A stretch of DNA of 64,000 nucleotides, from the NCBI GenBank assembly GCA_045626925.1, contig JAZUQZ010000003.1:18526-82525 (forward strand), in the 5' to 3' direction. This document shows, piece by piece, positions 57,239-64,000 of the stretch. The notes under the pieces were generated by a model that worked only from the letters and a program-made list of their open reading frames with translations, had not been told where the DNA came from and did not search any database. The position numbers were made by a program, and so were the translations under genes. Source of the DNA: Candidatus Aphodoplasma sp. GTDB taxonomy: Bacteria; Bacillota; Clostridia; UBA1381; UMGS1253. Each line of letters begins with the position of its first letter. The stretch's first letter is position 1.

Positions 57239-57928
57239 ATGAGTGAAAACCTGAGTTTAATAGATATAATAAAAATAATTGCAAAATGGTGGTGGCTTGT
57301 AGCTATTGTCTCCATTTTGTGCGCAAGCGGAATGTATGTGTATTCTGAATATTTTGAAGACGATATATATGTTTCAAAGGGTAGCTTTTACATACGCTCA
57401 GCTACTACAAATATAGAAAACATCACTATCGCAACACTTAATGCAAACACTCGTTTTAGTGAAACATATATTGAACTTGCAAAGAGTGATAGTGTGCTTG
57501 AAAAGGTATCGCAGGAACTTGTAAACAAGGGATATCAGCCTGCTTCAGCTGTTGCACTTCGCAGTGTTTTGAGATTTTCTGTACTTAACGAAACAGAAGT
57601 ATTAGAAGTAAGCGCCGAAAATCGTGACCCCCAAAAAGCGCAGGATATAACTAATGCAGTTTTAAAAGTTGCACCGCAAGAAATTAAAAACATTGTAAAA
57701 GCCGGCGGGGCGGAAGTGGTGGATGAGGCAAAGCTTCCAACACAACCAACATATCCAAATGTTTTAAAGAAAACACTTGTTGGATTTTTTGTGGGGTTTG
57801 TTATAGGATGTGTCATCATATTCATACTAGAATTTTTTGATTTAAGAATTAAACCCGATAATAATCTTGAAGAAATGTATGGGATTCCGGTAATTGGTAA
57901 TATTCCGGAAATAAAAAATAAGCTATAA
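57239..57928 (+). CDS. Polysaccharide chain-length determinant / tyrosine-kinase modulator (Wzz, CpsC/EpsA-like)
   Basis: N- and C-terminal TM helices flank an extracytoplasmic domain. Immediately precedes the BY-kinase. Confidence 0.85.
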   Translation: MSENLSLIDIIKIIAKWWWLVAIVSILCASGMYVYSEYFEDDIYVSKGSFYIRSATTNIENITIATLNANTRFSETYIELAKSDSVLEKVSQELVNKGYQPASAVALRSVLRFSVLNETEVLEVSAENRDPQKAQDITNAVLKVAPQEIKNIVKAGGAEVVDEAKLPTQPTYPNVLKKTLVGFFVGFVIGCVIIFILEFFDLRIKPDNNLEEMYGIPVIGNIPEIKNKL

Positions 57929-57967
57929 ATCAGGGCTTATTTGATTTTTTATAAGGAGTATGTACAT

Positions 57968-58996
57968 ATGTTTGATTTACTAAAAGGTAGCAGCAAAAAG
58001 AAAATCAGAAAATATAATTATGAGTCAAGTGCAGCAAACATACTTCACGAGGATTCGGAATTTGTCGTAAATGAAGCGTATAAAGCTATGAGAACGAATA
58101 TAATGTTTTCATTCCATGATGATGATTCATGTAAGACTATTGTGTGTACGAGTGCTATGCCGGGCGAGGGTAAGACAACGACATGTATAAATATGGCTAT
58201 TTCGTTTGCTCAAACAGGTAGCCGTGTACTACTTGTTGATGCTGACCTTCGAAAACCTAAAATAGACAGATATCTTGATATAGAATCCGGACAGGGAGTA
58301 TCTGATTATTTAGGAGGCTTTGTAAAAGACATTGATAGCATCATAGTGCATCTTGAAGACAGGGGTATTGATTGCGTCGTTGCAGGTAGTATACCACCAA
58401 ATCCTTCGGAGCTTTTAGGCTCTGAAACTATGGAAAAGTTCATTAAAACTATGGAAGGAAAATATGATTATATATTTGTAGATGCGCCACCTGTAAATAT
58501 TGTTACAGATGCTATTGTACTTGCAAAATTTTGTTCAGGTATAGTGGTTGTTGTAAAAGAGAACAATACAACGCACGATATGCTTAAAAATGCAATTGGC
58601 GCAATACAATTTGCAAATATTAAGATATATGGCTTTATAGTAAACGGAAGTGAAATAAAAAGGCGTGGCAAGTATCGTTATAAGAAAAAGCGGTATGGCT
58701 ACGGCAGTTATGGCTATGGCTACGGCTATGGTTACGGCTATGGCGAGGGTTATGGAAGCAATCCGGATAGAAGGAAAAAAGCAGAGGAAATTGCAGAAAA
58801 GGATGAAAATAAAAAAGCAGAGAAAGAGGAAAATCCAAATCTTGAGGATGTGCTTGGAGATACACCATTAGACAATGACACAAGAGAAAAAACAGAAGAA
58901 ATTGTTGAGGAAGTTGTTGAAAAAAAGACAGAAGATGAAATGCAAGAAGTAGAGATTGCACCGGAAAATTCAGAAGATACAATAGAAGACAAATAG
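57968..58996 (+). CDS. Bacterial tyrosine (BY) kinase, CpsD/EpsB-like, with long acidic C-terminal extension
   Basis: Walker A GEGKTT, A' VLLVDADLRKP, B IFVDAPP. Tyr cluster YRYKKKRYGYGSYGYGYGYGYGYGEGYG, followed by ~80 aa of E/K/D-rich tail. Confidence 0.85.
   Translation: MFDLLKGSSKKKIRKYNYESSAANILHEDSEFVVNEAYKAMRTNIMFSFHDDDSCKTIVCTSAMPGEGKTTTCINMAISFAQTGSRVLLVDADLRKPKIDRYLDIESGQGVSDYLGGFVKDIDSIIVHLEDRGIDCVVAGSIPPNPSELLGSETMEKFIKTMEGKYDYIFVDAPPVNIVTDAIVLAKFCSGIVVVVKENNTTHDMLKNAIGAIQFANIKIYGFIVNGSEIKRRGKYRYKKKRYGYGSYGYGYGYGYGYGEGYGSNPDRRKKAEEIAEKDENKKAEKEENPNLEDVLGDTPLDNDTREKTEEIVEEVVEKKTEDEMQEVEIAPENSEDTIEDK
58673..58756 (+). repeat. Tandem (TAT/TAC-GGN)n repeat encoding the YG tyrosine cluster
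   Basis: tatggctacggc / tatggctatggc / tacggctatggt / tacggctatggc units are seen directly in the sequence. Confidence 0.8.
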
Positions 58997-59052
58997 TGGA
59001 TTTGTTATAAAAGAATATATCGAGTATCTTTTTTTGAAAGGAAAGATAGCAA

Positions 59053-60951
59053 TTGAAAATAAGGGGAAAATTATTTAAACTCTTATGGGGAGTAGCAGAT
59101 ATCTTAATAGTTGCAGCCGCATATTTACTTGCAATGTATTTTATAAAAGACAAGCTTCCGTCAAATGCAGAAGAATTGTTAAATTTTGAATATACTGTTG
59201 CAAGTGCCGCAGGCGTGTATGTAATTGCATTGTGCACGGTGGGTGGTTATAGCACATTGTGGAGATATGCAGGCCTAAGGGAATATTTAATGTGTGCTGG
59301 CGCGTGCTTTGTATCCTTTGTGATATTATCTGTTGCATCGCTATTTGCAAGGAATATTTTGTATGCACTTGGTTTTCATGTTTTTGCATTTGCAATCATT
59401 GTGCTTGGATGTATATCTGTTCGCATATTACCGCGTATCAACCTTCATATTTCAAGAAAAAGAGAAGATGCAAAAAGTGGAAACAAAATAGCAAAGAGAG
59501 TTAATTTGCTTGTTATCGGAGCAGGAGCTGCTGCAAAAAAGGTTATAGATGATATTCGTATAACAGAGCCAAAGTATAGGATTATCGGTGTGATAGATGA
59601 TGACAAATCAAAAATAGGCAAAAAGGTATTTGGTACAAGAGTATTGGGTACAAGAGATGATATTATAACGATTTGCAGAGAAAATAAAGTAAGGGAAATA
59701 TTGCTTGCGATTCCTTCGATAAGTTCTGCGGACAAAAAGATTATCCTTGATATATGCAATAAAACCTCGTGCAAGGTTCGTATGTTGCCGAGCCTTTCGG
59801 AAATGATTAACACAGATAATTTCAACAAAGTTGTAAGAGATATACAAATCGAAGATTTGCTTGAGCGCGAACCGATTTCACTTGATACGACAAAAATTTC
59901 GGATTATATACAAGATAAGGTGATTTTGGTAACAGGCGGCGGTGGTTCGATTGGGTCAGAGCTTTGCAGACAAATTGCACGCTTTAAACCTAAAAAGCTT
60001 TATATACTTGATGTATATGAAAATAATGCATATGATTTAGAAAATGAACTTAAGACAAAATATCCTGATTTGCCGTTTGAAATAATTATTGCAAGCGTGC
60101 GCGATATGGATAGAATGGATAGCATATTTGAAAAGTTCCGTCCGGAGATTGTCTTTCATGCGGCGGCCCATAAGCATGTTCCTCTTATGGAGATAAACCC
60201 GTCAGAAGCTATAAAAAATAATGTTCTTGGAACATTTAAGACTGCGATTTGTGCACATAAATATCGTGCAAAAAGATTTGTTTTGATTTCTACTGACAAA
60301 GCGGTAAACCCAACAAATATTATGGGCGCGACAAAGCGTGTTGCTGAGATGATTATTCAGTCGATGGACCGCATGAGCAAGACAGAGTTTGTGGCGGTTC
60401 GTTTTGGAAATGTTTTGGGTTCAAATGGTTCTGTTGTTCCTTTATTTAAAAAGCAAATCGAGAATGGCGGGCCGGTTACACTTACACACAAAGAGATAAC
60501 GAGATTTTTTATGACTATTCCGGAAGCATCGTTGCTTGTGCTTGAGGCGGCATCGTTTGCAAAAGGCGGAGAAATATTTGTTCTTGATATGGGCGAGCCT
60601 GTAAAAATATATGATTTGGCAGTTAATTTAATAAGATTGTCTGGGCTTGAACCTGATGTTGACATAAAGATTGAAACGATAGGACTTCGAGATGGAGAAA
60701 AGCTTTATGAGGAGCTTTTGCTTGCAGAGGAGGGTCTTCGAGAAACCTTTAATAAGAAAATATTTGTTGCAGCACCGATGAGTTTTGATTGGAACGAGTT
60801 AAATGCGCGTCTTGAGTCGCTCTATGATGCGGCGGCAAATCTTGATGAAGATGAAATAAAAAGCATATTAAAACAGATTGTTCCGACATATCATAGCCCT
60901 GACATGGAACAAAATGACGACGATGAATGTGATGAGGAAACGGATATATAA
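59053..60951 (+). CDS. Membrane-anchored polysaccharide biosynthesis protein CapD/EpsC-like (UDP-sugar 4,6-dehydratase family)
   Basis: Four N-terminal TM helices. Two Rossmann segments (VIGAGAAAK; VTGGGGSIGSEL). SDR-like core. TTG start. Confidence 0.85.
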   Translation: MKIRGKLFKLLWGVADILIVAAAYLLAMYFIKDKLPSNAEELLNFEYTVASAAGVYVIALCTVGGYSTLWRYAGLREYLMCAGACFVSFVILSVASLFARNILYALGFHVFAFAIIVLGCISVRILPRINLHISRKREDAKSGNKIAKRVNLLVIGAGAAAKKVIDDIRITEPKYRIIGVIDDDKSKIGKKVFGTRVLGTRDDIITICRENKVREILLAIPSISSADKKIILDICNKTSCKVRMLPSLSEMINTDNFNKVVRDIQIEDLLEREPISLDTTKISDYIQDKVILVTGGGGSIGSELCRQIARFKPKKLYILDVYENNAYDLENELKTKYPDLPFEIIIASVRDMDRMDSIFEKFRPEIVFHAAAHKHVPLMEINPSEAIKNNVLGTFKTAICAHKYRAKRFVLISTDKAVNPTNIMGATKRVAEMIIQSMDRMSKTEFVAVRFGNVLGSNGSVVPLFKKQIENGGPVTLTHKEITRFFMTIPEASLLVLEAASFAKGGEIFVLDMGEPVKIYDLAVNLIRLSGLEPDVDIKIETIGLRDGEKLYEELLLAEEGLRETFNKKIFVAAPMSFDWNELNARLESLYDAAANLDEDEIKSILKQIVPTYHSPDMEQNDDDECDEETDI

Positions 60952-61002
60952 CAAATATGAAAAACTTTAGATAAAAAAATTTAAAAAAATTTTAAAAAAC
61001 TG

Positions 61003-61031
61003 TTGACTTTGAAAAAATTAAGTGGTATGAT
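61003..61031 (+). promoter_or_regulatory. Near-consensus promoter of the 37-aa peptide gene
   Basis: TTGACT (61003-61008), 17-nt spacer, extended -10 TGgTATGAT (61023-61031). Confidence 0.7.
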
Positions 61032-61064
61032 GTAATTAATGAGTATTGGAAGGAGTGTATTATT

Positions 61065-61178
61065 ATGAAAAAGACATACGAGAGACCAGAACTTGAAGAG
61101 GTTCTTTTTGACACACAGAACATAATGGCAGCTAGCCGTATTGAGGAAGGCGACGAAGATAGTTGGGAAAACATTTAA
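61065..61178 (+). CDS. 37-aa acidic peptide with RiPP-leader-like YxxPxL motif (absent from the ORF track)
   Basis: Hand translation: MKKTYERPELEEVLFDTQNIMAASRIEEGDEDSWENI. SD GGAAGGAG 8 nt upstream. Has its own strong promoter and is followed by a hairpin. Confidence 0.6.
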   Translation: MKKTYERPELEEVLFDTQNIMAASRIEEGDEDSWENI

Positions 61179-61213
61179 TCGCTTGATACTTGATAAATGT
61201 TTATAATCAAAAG

Positions 61214-61243
61214 ATAGGCAGACGGATGTTTCCGTTTGCCTAT
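61214..61243 (+). terminator. Hairpin between the peptide gene and the SLH gene (weak/leaky terminator)
   Basis: ATAGGCAGACGG (61214-61225) / CCGTTTGCCTAT (61232-61243), 12 bp with one G-U pair. Only a short T tail (TTTAA). Confidence 0.5.
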
Positions 61244-61272
61244 TTAACTCTAAAGAAAAGGAAGGTAATATT

Positions 61273-62232
61273 ATGAAAAAGCTACAAATGAGCAGGATTG
61301 TTTCTTTAGTATTGGCACTTTGCATGATGTTTTCTGTAATGCAGATTACGGTGTTTGCTGATGAAGTGACATTTAGTGATATGCCTGATAACTGGGCAAC
61401 AGCTGCATTAAAGAAGGCTGTTGAGAATAATCTTCTTGCTGGTTCTGATGGAAAGATTATGCCTGATGCTAGTCTTACTCGCGCACAAATGGCGACTATT
61501 ATGTCGCGCGCATTTGGTGCAACAGAGCTAGCGGACATTTCATCGTTTAGCGATGTAAAAGAAGATGCTTGGTATTATGAATATATGTCAAAAGCGGTTG
61601 AAATGGGAGTTTTTAAGGGCGATGGTGCAAGTCTGAACCCTGAAAATAATATTACTCGCGAAGAGGCCTTTACAGTATTGGCGCGTGCGTTTGCACTTGA
61701 AAATGCAGGTGCAGATGTTCTTGTTGATTTTGTTGATAAGGATAGCGTTTCAAGCTGGGCAGTTCCTACGGTTGCTGCTATTGTTAAAAACAATTATGCA
61801 AAGGGCTCTGACGGATATCTTAATCCAAACAGCAACATTACCCGTGCAGAATTTGCAGTGCTTATGAATAATATTGTAAAAGTATATATTACTTCGCCTG
61901 GTGTATGCAATTCAGTTGAAAAGGGAAATGTTGTTGTTCGTACGAATGGCGTTACATTTTCTGGGGTTAAAATTGATGGTGATTTGATTGTTGGACCATC
62001 AATAACTGCTAAAGGCGTTATATTGAAGAATTCTTCTGTAACGGGACGCATCGTTGGTGATGATGAGCAAAATAAGATTGAAAAAATAACAACCGAAGTC
62101 GGTGGCGGTTCGGGCGGTGGTCCAAGTGGCGGCTCAAACAACGGCTCGGGGAATAACACCGGTACAGACGATACAAGTGATGAACATTTTGGTTTGGATG
62201 GCGGAATAGAAGATGGCGGAGAATTTGAATAA
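61273..62232 (+). CDS. Secreted S-layer-homology (3x SLH) domain cell-wall protein with Gly-rich acidic tail
   Basis: Signal peptide ending VFA-DE. Three SLH repeats (TRAQMATIMSRAF, TREEAFTVLARAF, TRAEFAVLMNNIV). C-terminal GGGSGGGPSGGSNNGSGNN. Confidence 0.85.
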   Translation: MKKLQMSRIVSLVLALCMMFSVMQITVFADEVTFSDMPDNWATAALKKAVENNLLAGSDGKIMPDASLTRAQMATIMSRAFGATELADISSFSDVKEDAWYYEYMSKAVEMGVFKGDGASLNPENNITREEAFTVLARAFALENAGADVLVDFVDKDSVSSWAVPTVAAIVKNNYAKGSDGYLNPNSNITRAEFAVLMNNIVKVYITSPGVCNSVEKGNVVVRTNGVTFSGVKIDGDLIVGPSITAKGVILKNSSVTGRIVGDDEQNKIEKITTEVGGGSGGGPSGGSNNGSGNNTGTDDTSDEHFGLDGGIEDGGEFE

Positions 62233-62950
62233 AAATCAAAAAGAAAGAAAACTTCGCATTGCCGATTTAAAGGTCAGACTAAAATATAGTGGCGCAAGGC
62301 TTGACAAACAGTCATTGGGCTATGTAGATGACTGGACAGGAGAAGCGGATGTTGATGTCTTTGTTGACGATGAACGATTGAAAAAGTTTTGTGATAAAGA
62401 AAAGAATGTAAGTATGAATTTGGCGGAATATATACTTACAGGCACACAGTTTTATTCAAAACTAATTGATTATTCGGGTGTTATGCTTCATTCTTCTGCA
62501 GTTGTATATGAGGGTAAGGCGTACTTGTTTTCGGCTTCGTGTGGAACGGGCAAATCGACGCACACATCGCTTTGGATCAAGCGGTTTGGCGATGCTGCGG
62601 TTATTTTAAATGATGACAAGCCCGCAATACGCCTCGTAAATGATAAGTTTTATGCGTATGGTACACCGTGGAGCGGGAAGACTGACAAACAGACAAATAT
62701 GTGTGTGCCTATTGCGGCTATAGCATTTATCGAGCAATCAGAAAATAATAGCATAACACGAATGGATACAAAGACAGCAATTACGAGCATATTATCACAA
62801 ACATTAAAATTGAGAAATATTTCTATGATAGATTTTGCTTTGCCTACAATTGAAAAGCTTGTAAAATCGATAAATGTATATAAACTTCGCTGCAATATGG
62901 AGCTTGATGCTGTTGATGTTGCGTATGAAGCAATGAGCAAAAATTTATAA
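62213..62950 (+). CDS. HPr-kinase/PEPCK-fold P-loop protein (HprK-related kinase-like)
   Basis: LHSSAVVYEGKAYLFSASCGTGKSTHTSLWIKRFGDAAVILNDDKPAIRL aligns with the HprK core GxSGxGKS-x(15-20)-(I/V)xDD. Overlaps the SLH gene end by 20 nt. Confidence 0.65.
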   Translation: MAENLNKNQKERKLRIADLKVRLKYSGARLDKQSLGYVDDWTGEADVDVFVDDERLKKFCDKEKNVSMNLAEYILTGTQFYSKLIDYSGVMLHSSAVVYEGKAYLFSASCGTGKSTHTSLWIKRFGDAAVILNDDKPAIRLVNDKFYAYGTPWSGKTDKQTNMCVPIAAIAFIEQSENNSITRMDTKTAITSILSQTLKLRNISMIDFALPTIEKLVKSINVYKLRCNMELDAVDVAYEAMSKNL

Positions 62951-62958
62951 AAATCTAA

Positions 62959-62990
62959 AAAACTGTTTTCGTTTTGAAAACAGTTTTTTG
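62959..62990 (+). terminator. Intrinsic terminator after the HprK-like gene
   Basis: AAAACTGTTTTC (62959-62970) / GAAAACAGTTTT (62976-62987) plus a T-run. Confidence 0.8.
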
Positions 62991-63135
62991 TTTGATGATA
63001 TTTACAAGCATTAAATGAAGCCACAAAAGGTGCTCGTGCTTGACAAAGGGGTGTCTTTTGTGATAAGATATATAATGCTATTATTGTAAATAAAATTTAT
63101 AAAAATGCTTGTATTTGTCAGTGGGGTGATATGTG

Positions 63136-64000
63136 TTGTATAGCGTGAATAAAAAAACAAGCACAAAGGAATATATAATAGCCAATATTGTTTTAGGTGC
63201 ACTTTGCGCATGCTTGATTATAGATGGTATGGCAGAAATTGCATTACTTGTGCTAATACCTGCATGCCTTACATATATATTTACATATTTTAACTTGAAA
63301 CACGCTGTTTTGCCATTGGTGCTTACGGTGCTTGTTTCATCGGTTGTTAGTGGAAATGTAAACCTGTCGGTGCTTATGCTTGATGTGCCGATTGCATTTA
63401 TGTTGCGATATGCAATTATAAAGAAGAAAAGCTTTTTGTTTACTATGTCTTTTGGTGTGTTTGGCGAGCTTATATCGTTTGCTATAATAGCATTTGTTGT
63501 TTATATGGCGGCGTCTTCCGGGGTTGCTGCGTTTGATATATCTCAGTTTCAAACGATGTTTGATAAATCAATAAACGCAGCTACTGAATTGTATCAGTTT
63601 CCGCCTGAAAGCGTGCTTGTGATTCGTGAAATGATTATAGCACTTTTGCCATCTATGCTGGTGAGCATAATGGCGGCTATTTCATATGTTATCTTTTACA
63701 TAACGACTTTTGTTTTAAAAAAATGTGATAGTTCGTATCAACATATACATAAACCGTTTAGCGAGATAAAAGCAGATAAGAGCTGTGTGTTTGCATTTGT
63801 TATTTTCTTTATAGCAAGCTTGTTTACAGATGGTGTTATTTCGTCGACACTTGTGAATATTGTTATGATACTTGGATTTTTTTTGTTTGTATGCGGTGCT
63901 AGTGCCATAACATTTTTTGCAAAAAGGGTAAAAAATCGTGTGGCGAGAATTTTTGTATATGTATTGATAGCATTTAGTATGGCATTTACATCGACAATGT
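63136..64000 (+). CDS. DUF2232 (YybS-like) polytopic membrane protein, 3' end outside window (absent from the ORF track)
   Basis: Frame is open from 63133 to the window end. Hand translation: ...NKKTSTKEYIIANIVLGALCACLIIDG...LVIREMIIALLPSMLVSIMAAISYVIFY..., with multiple TM helices. Start is TTG 63136 or GTG 63133/63145, after GGGGTGA. Confidence 0.6.
   Translation, partial: MYSVNKKTSTKEYIIANIVLGALCACLIIDGMAEIALLVLIPACLTYIFTYFNLKHAVLPLVLTVLVSSVVSGNVNLSVLMLDVPIAFMLRYAIIKKKSFLFTMSFGVFGELISFAIIAFVVYMAASSGVAAFDISQFQTMFDKSINAATELYQFPPESVLVIREMIIALLPSMLVSIMAAISYVIFYITTFVLKKCDSSYQHIHKPFSEIKADKSCVFAFVIFFIASLFTDGVISSTLVNIVMILGFFLFVCGASAITFFAKRVKNRVARIFVYVLIAFSMAFTSTM

Noticed and set aside
61065-62950. 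Complete lasso-peptide biosynthetic gene cluster
   Set aside because: The leader motif and HprK-like kinase are reminiscent of paeninodin-type clusters. But no lasso cyclase (Asn-synthetase-like), leader protease, RRE/PqqD or ABC exporter gene is present in or next to the operon. It cannot be a canonical lasso cluster, and is reported instead as a peptide-kinase module of unknown type.
63011-63552. Minus-strand ORFs of 66 and 71 aa near the window end
   Set aside because: One lies in the promoter region of the plus-strand DUF2232 membrane protein gene and the other is antisense to it. That gene is open to the window edge and is the better explanation.
1-64000. Scan for CRISPR arrays, rRNA/tRNA genes, transposases, integrases, prophage structural genes and large direct or inverted repeats
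   Set aside because: None recognised by eye. The only repeats seen are intragenic (the YG cluster and the GNAT duplication) and short operator/terminator palindromes. A tRNAscan/Infernal run would be needed to exclude small RNAs formally.

Overview
This window reads as chromosomal core DNA from a low-GC, anaerobic, spore-forming Firmicute of the Clostridia type. That placement is an inference from gene content: PFOR, flavodiiron protein plus rubredoxin, SpmA/SpmB/SpoVB, an SLH-domain wall protein and meso-DAP dehydrogenase. About 55 protein genes are supported. They include: the 3' part of ileS with aroB-lspA-rluD; a PyrR-attenuated pyrR-pyrB-pyrC-pyrF-pyrK-pyrD operon; galE; plsX-acpP-rnc-radical SAM; a VIT/ferritin-like protein; a sugar-kinase-like protein; smc-ftsY; a UPF0182 membrane protein; ilvE-glyQS; secD-secF; an EF-G2 paralogue; a stand-alone MsmK-type ABC ATPase; fprA-rubredoxin; dxs-tlyA; abrB; a tandem GNAT; ddh plus a GATase-less guaA; murT-gatD-hisH-hisF; PFOR; a TagGH-like exporter; an M14 peptidase; spmAB-spoVB; a Wzz/BY-kinase/CapD trio; an SLH protein; and a partial DUF2232 protein. 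I found no rRNA, tRNA, CRISPR array, transposase or integrase. Five items stand out. (1) A ~610-nt structured non-coding RNA at 35299-35907 sits directly upstream of a small multi-TM protein, dxs and tlyA. I call it OLE RNA with its oapA partner. (2) A strongly promoted 37-aa peptide gene carries a YxxPxL RiPP-like leader motif. It is followed by a leaky hairpin, an SLH protein and a translationally coupled HPr-kinase-like P-loop protein, with no other RiPP enzymes nearby. (3) murT-gatD is fused in one operon to a hisH/hisF pair, and the HisF-like barrel has Gln in place of the catalytic Asp130. (4) A terminator-insulated islet encodes RHH, XRE and a Cys-rich 2-TM protein. (5) guaA lacks its glutaminase domain and is co-transcribed with ddh. 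All calls come from reading the sequence and recalled family motifs. No database search was run.
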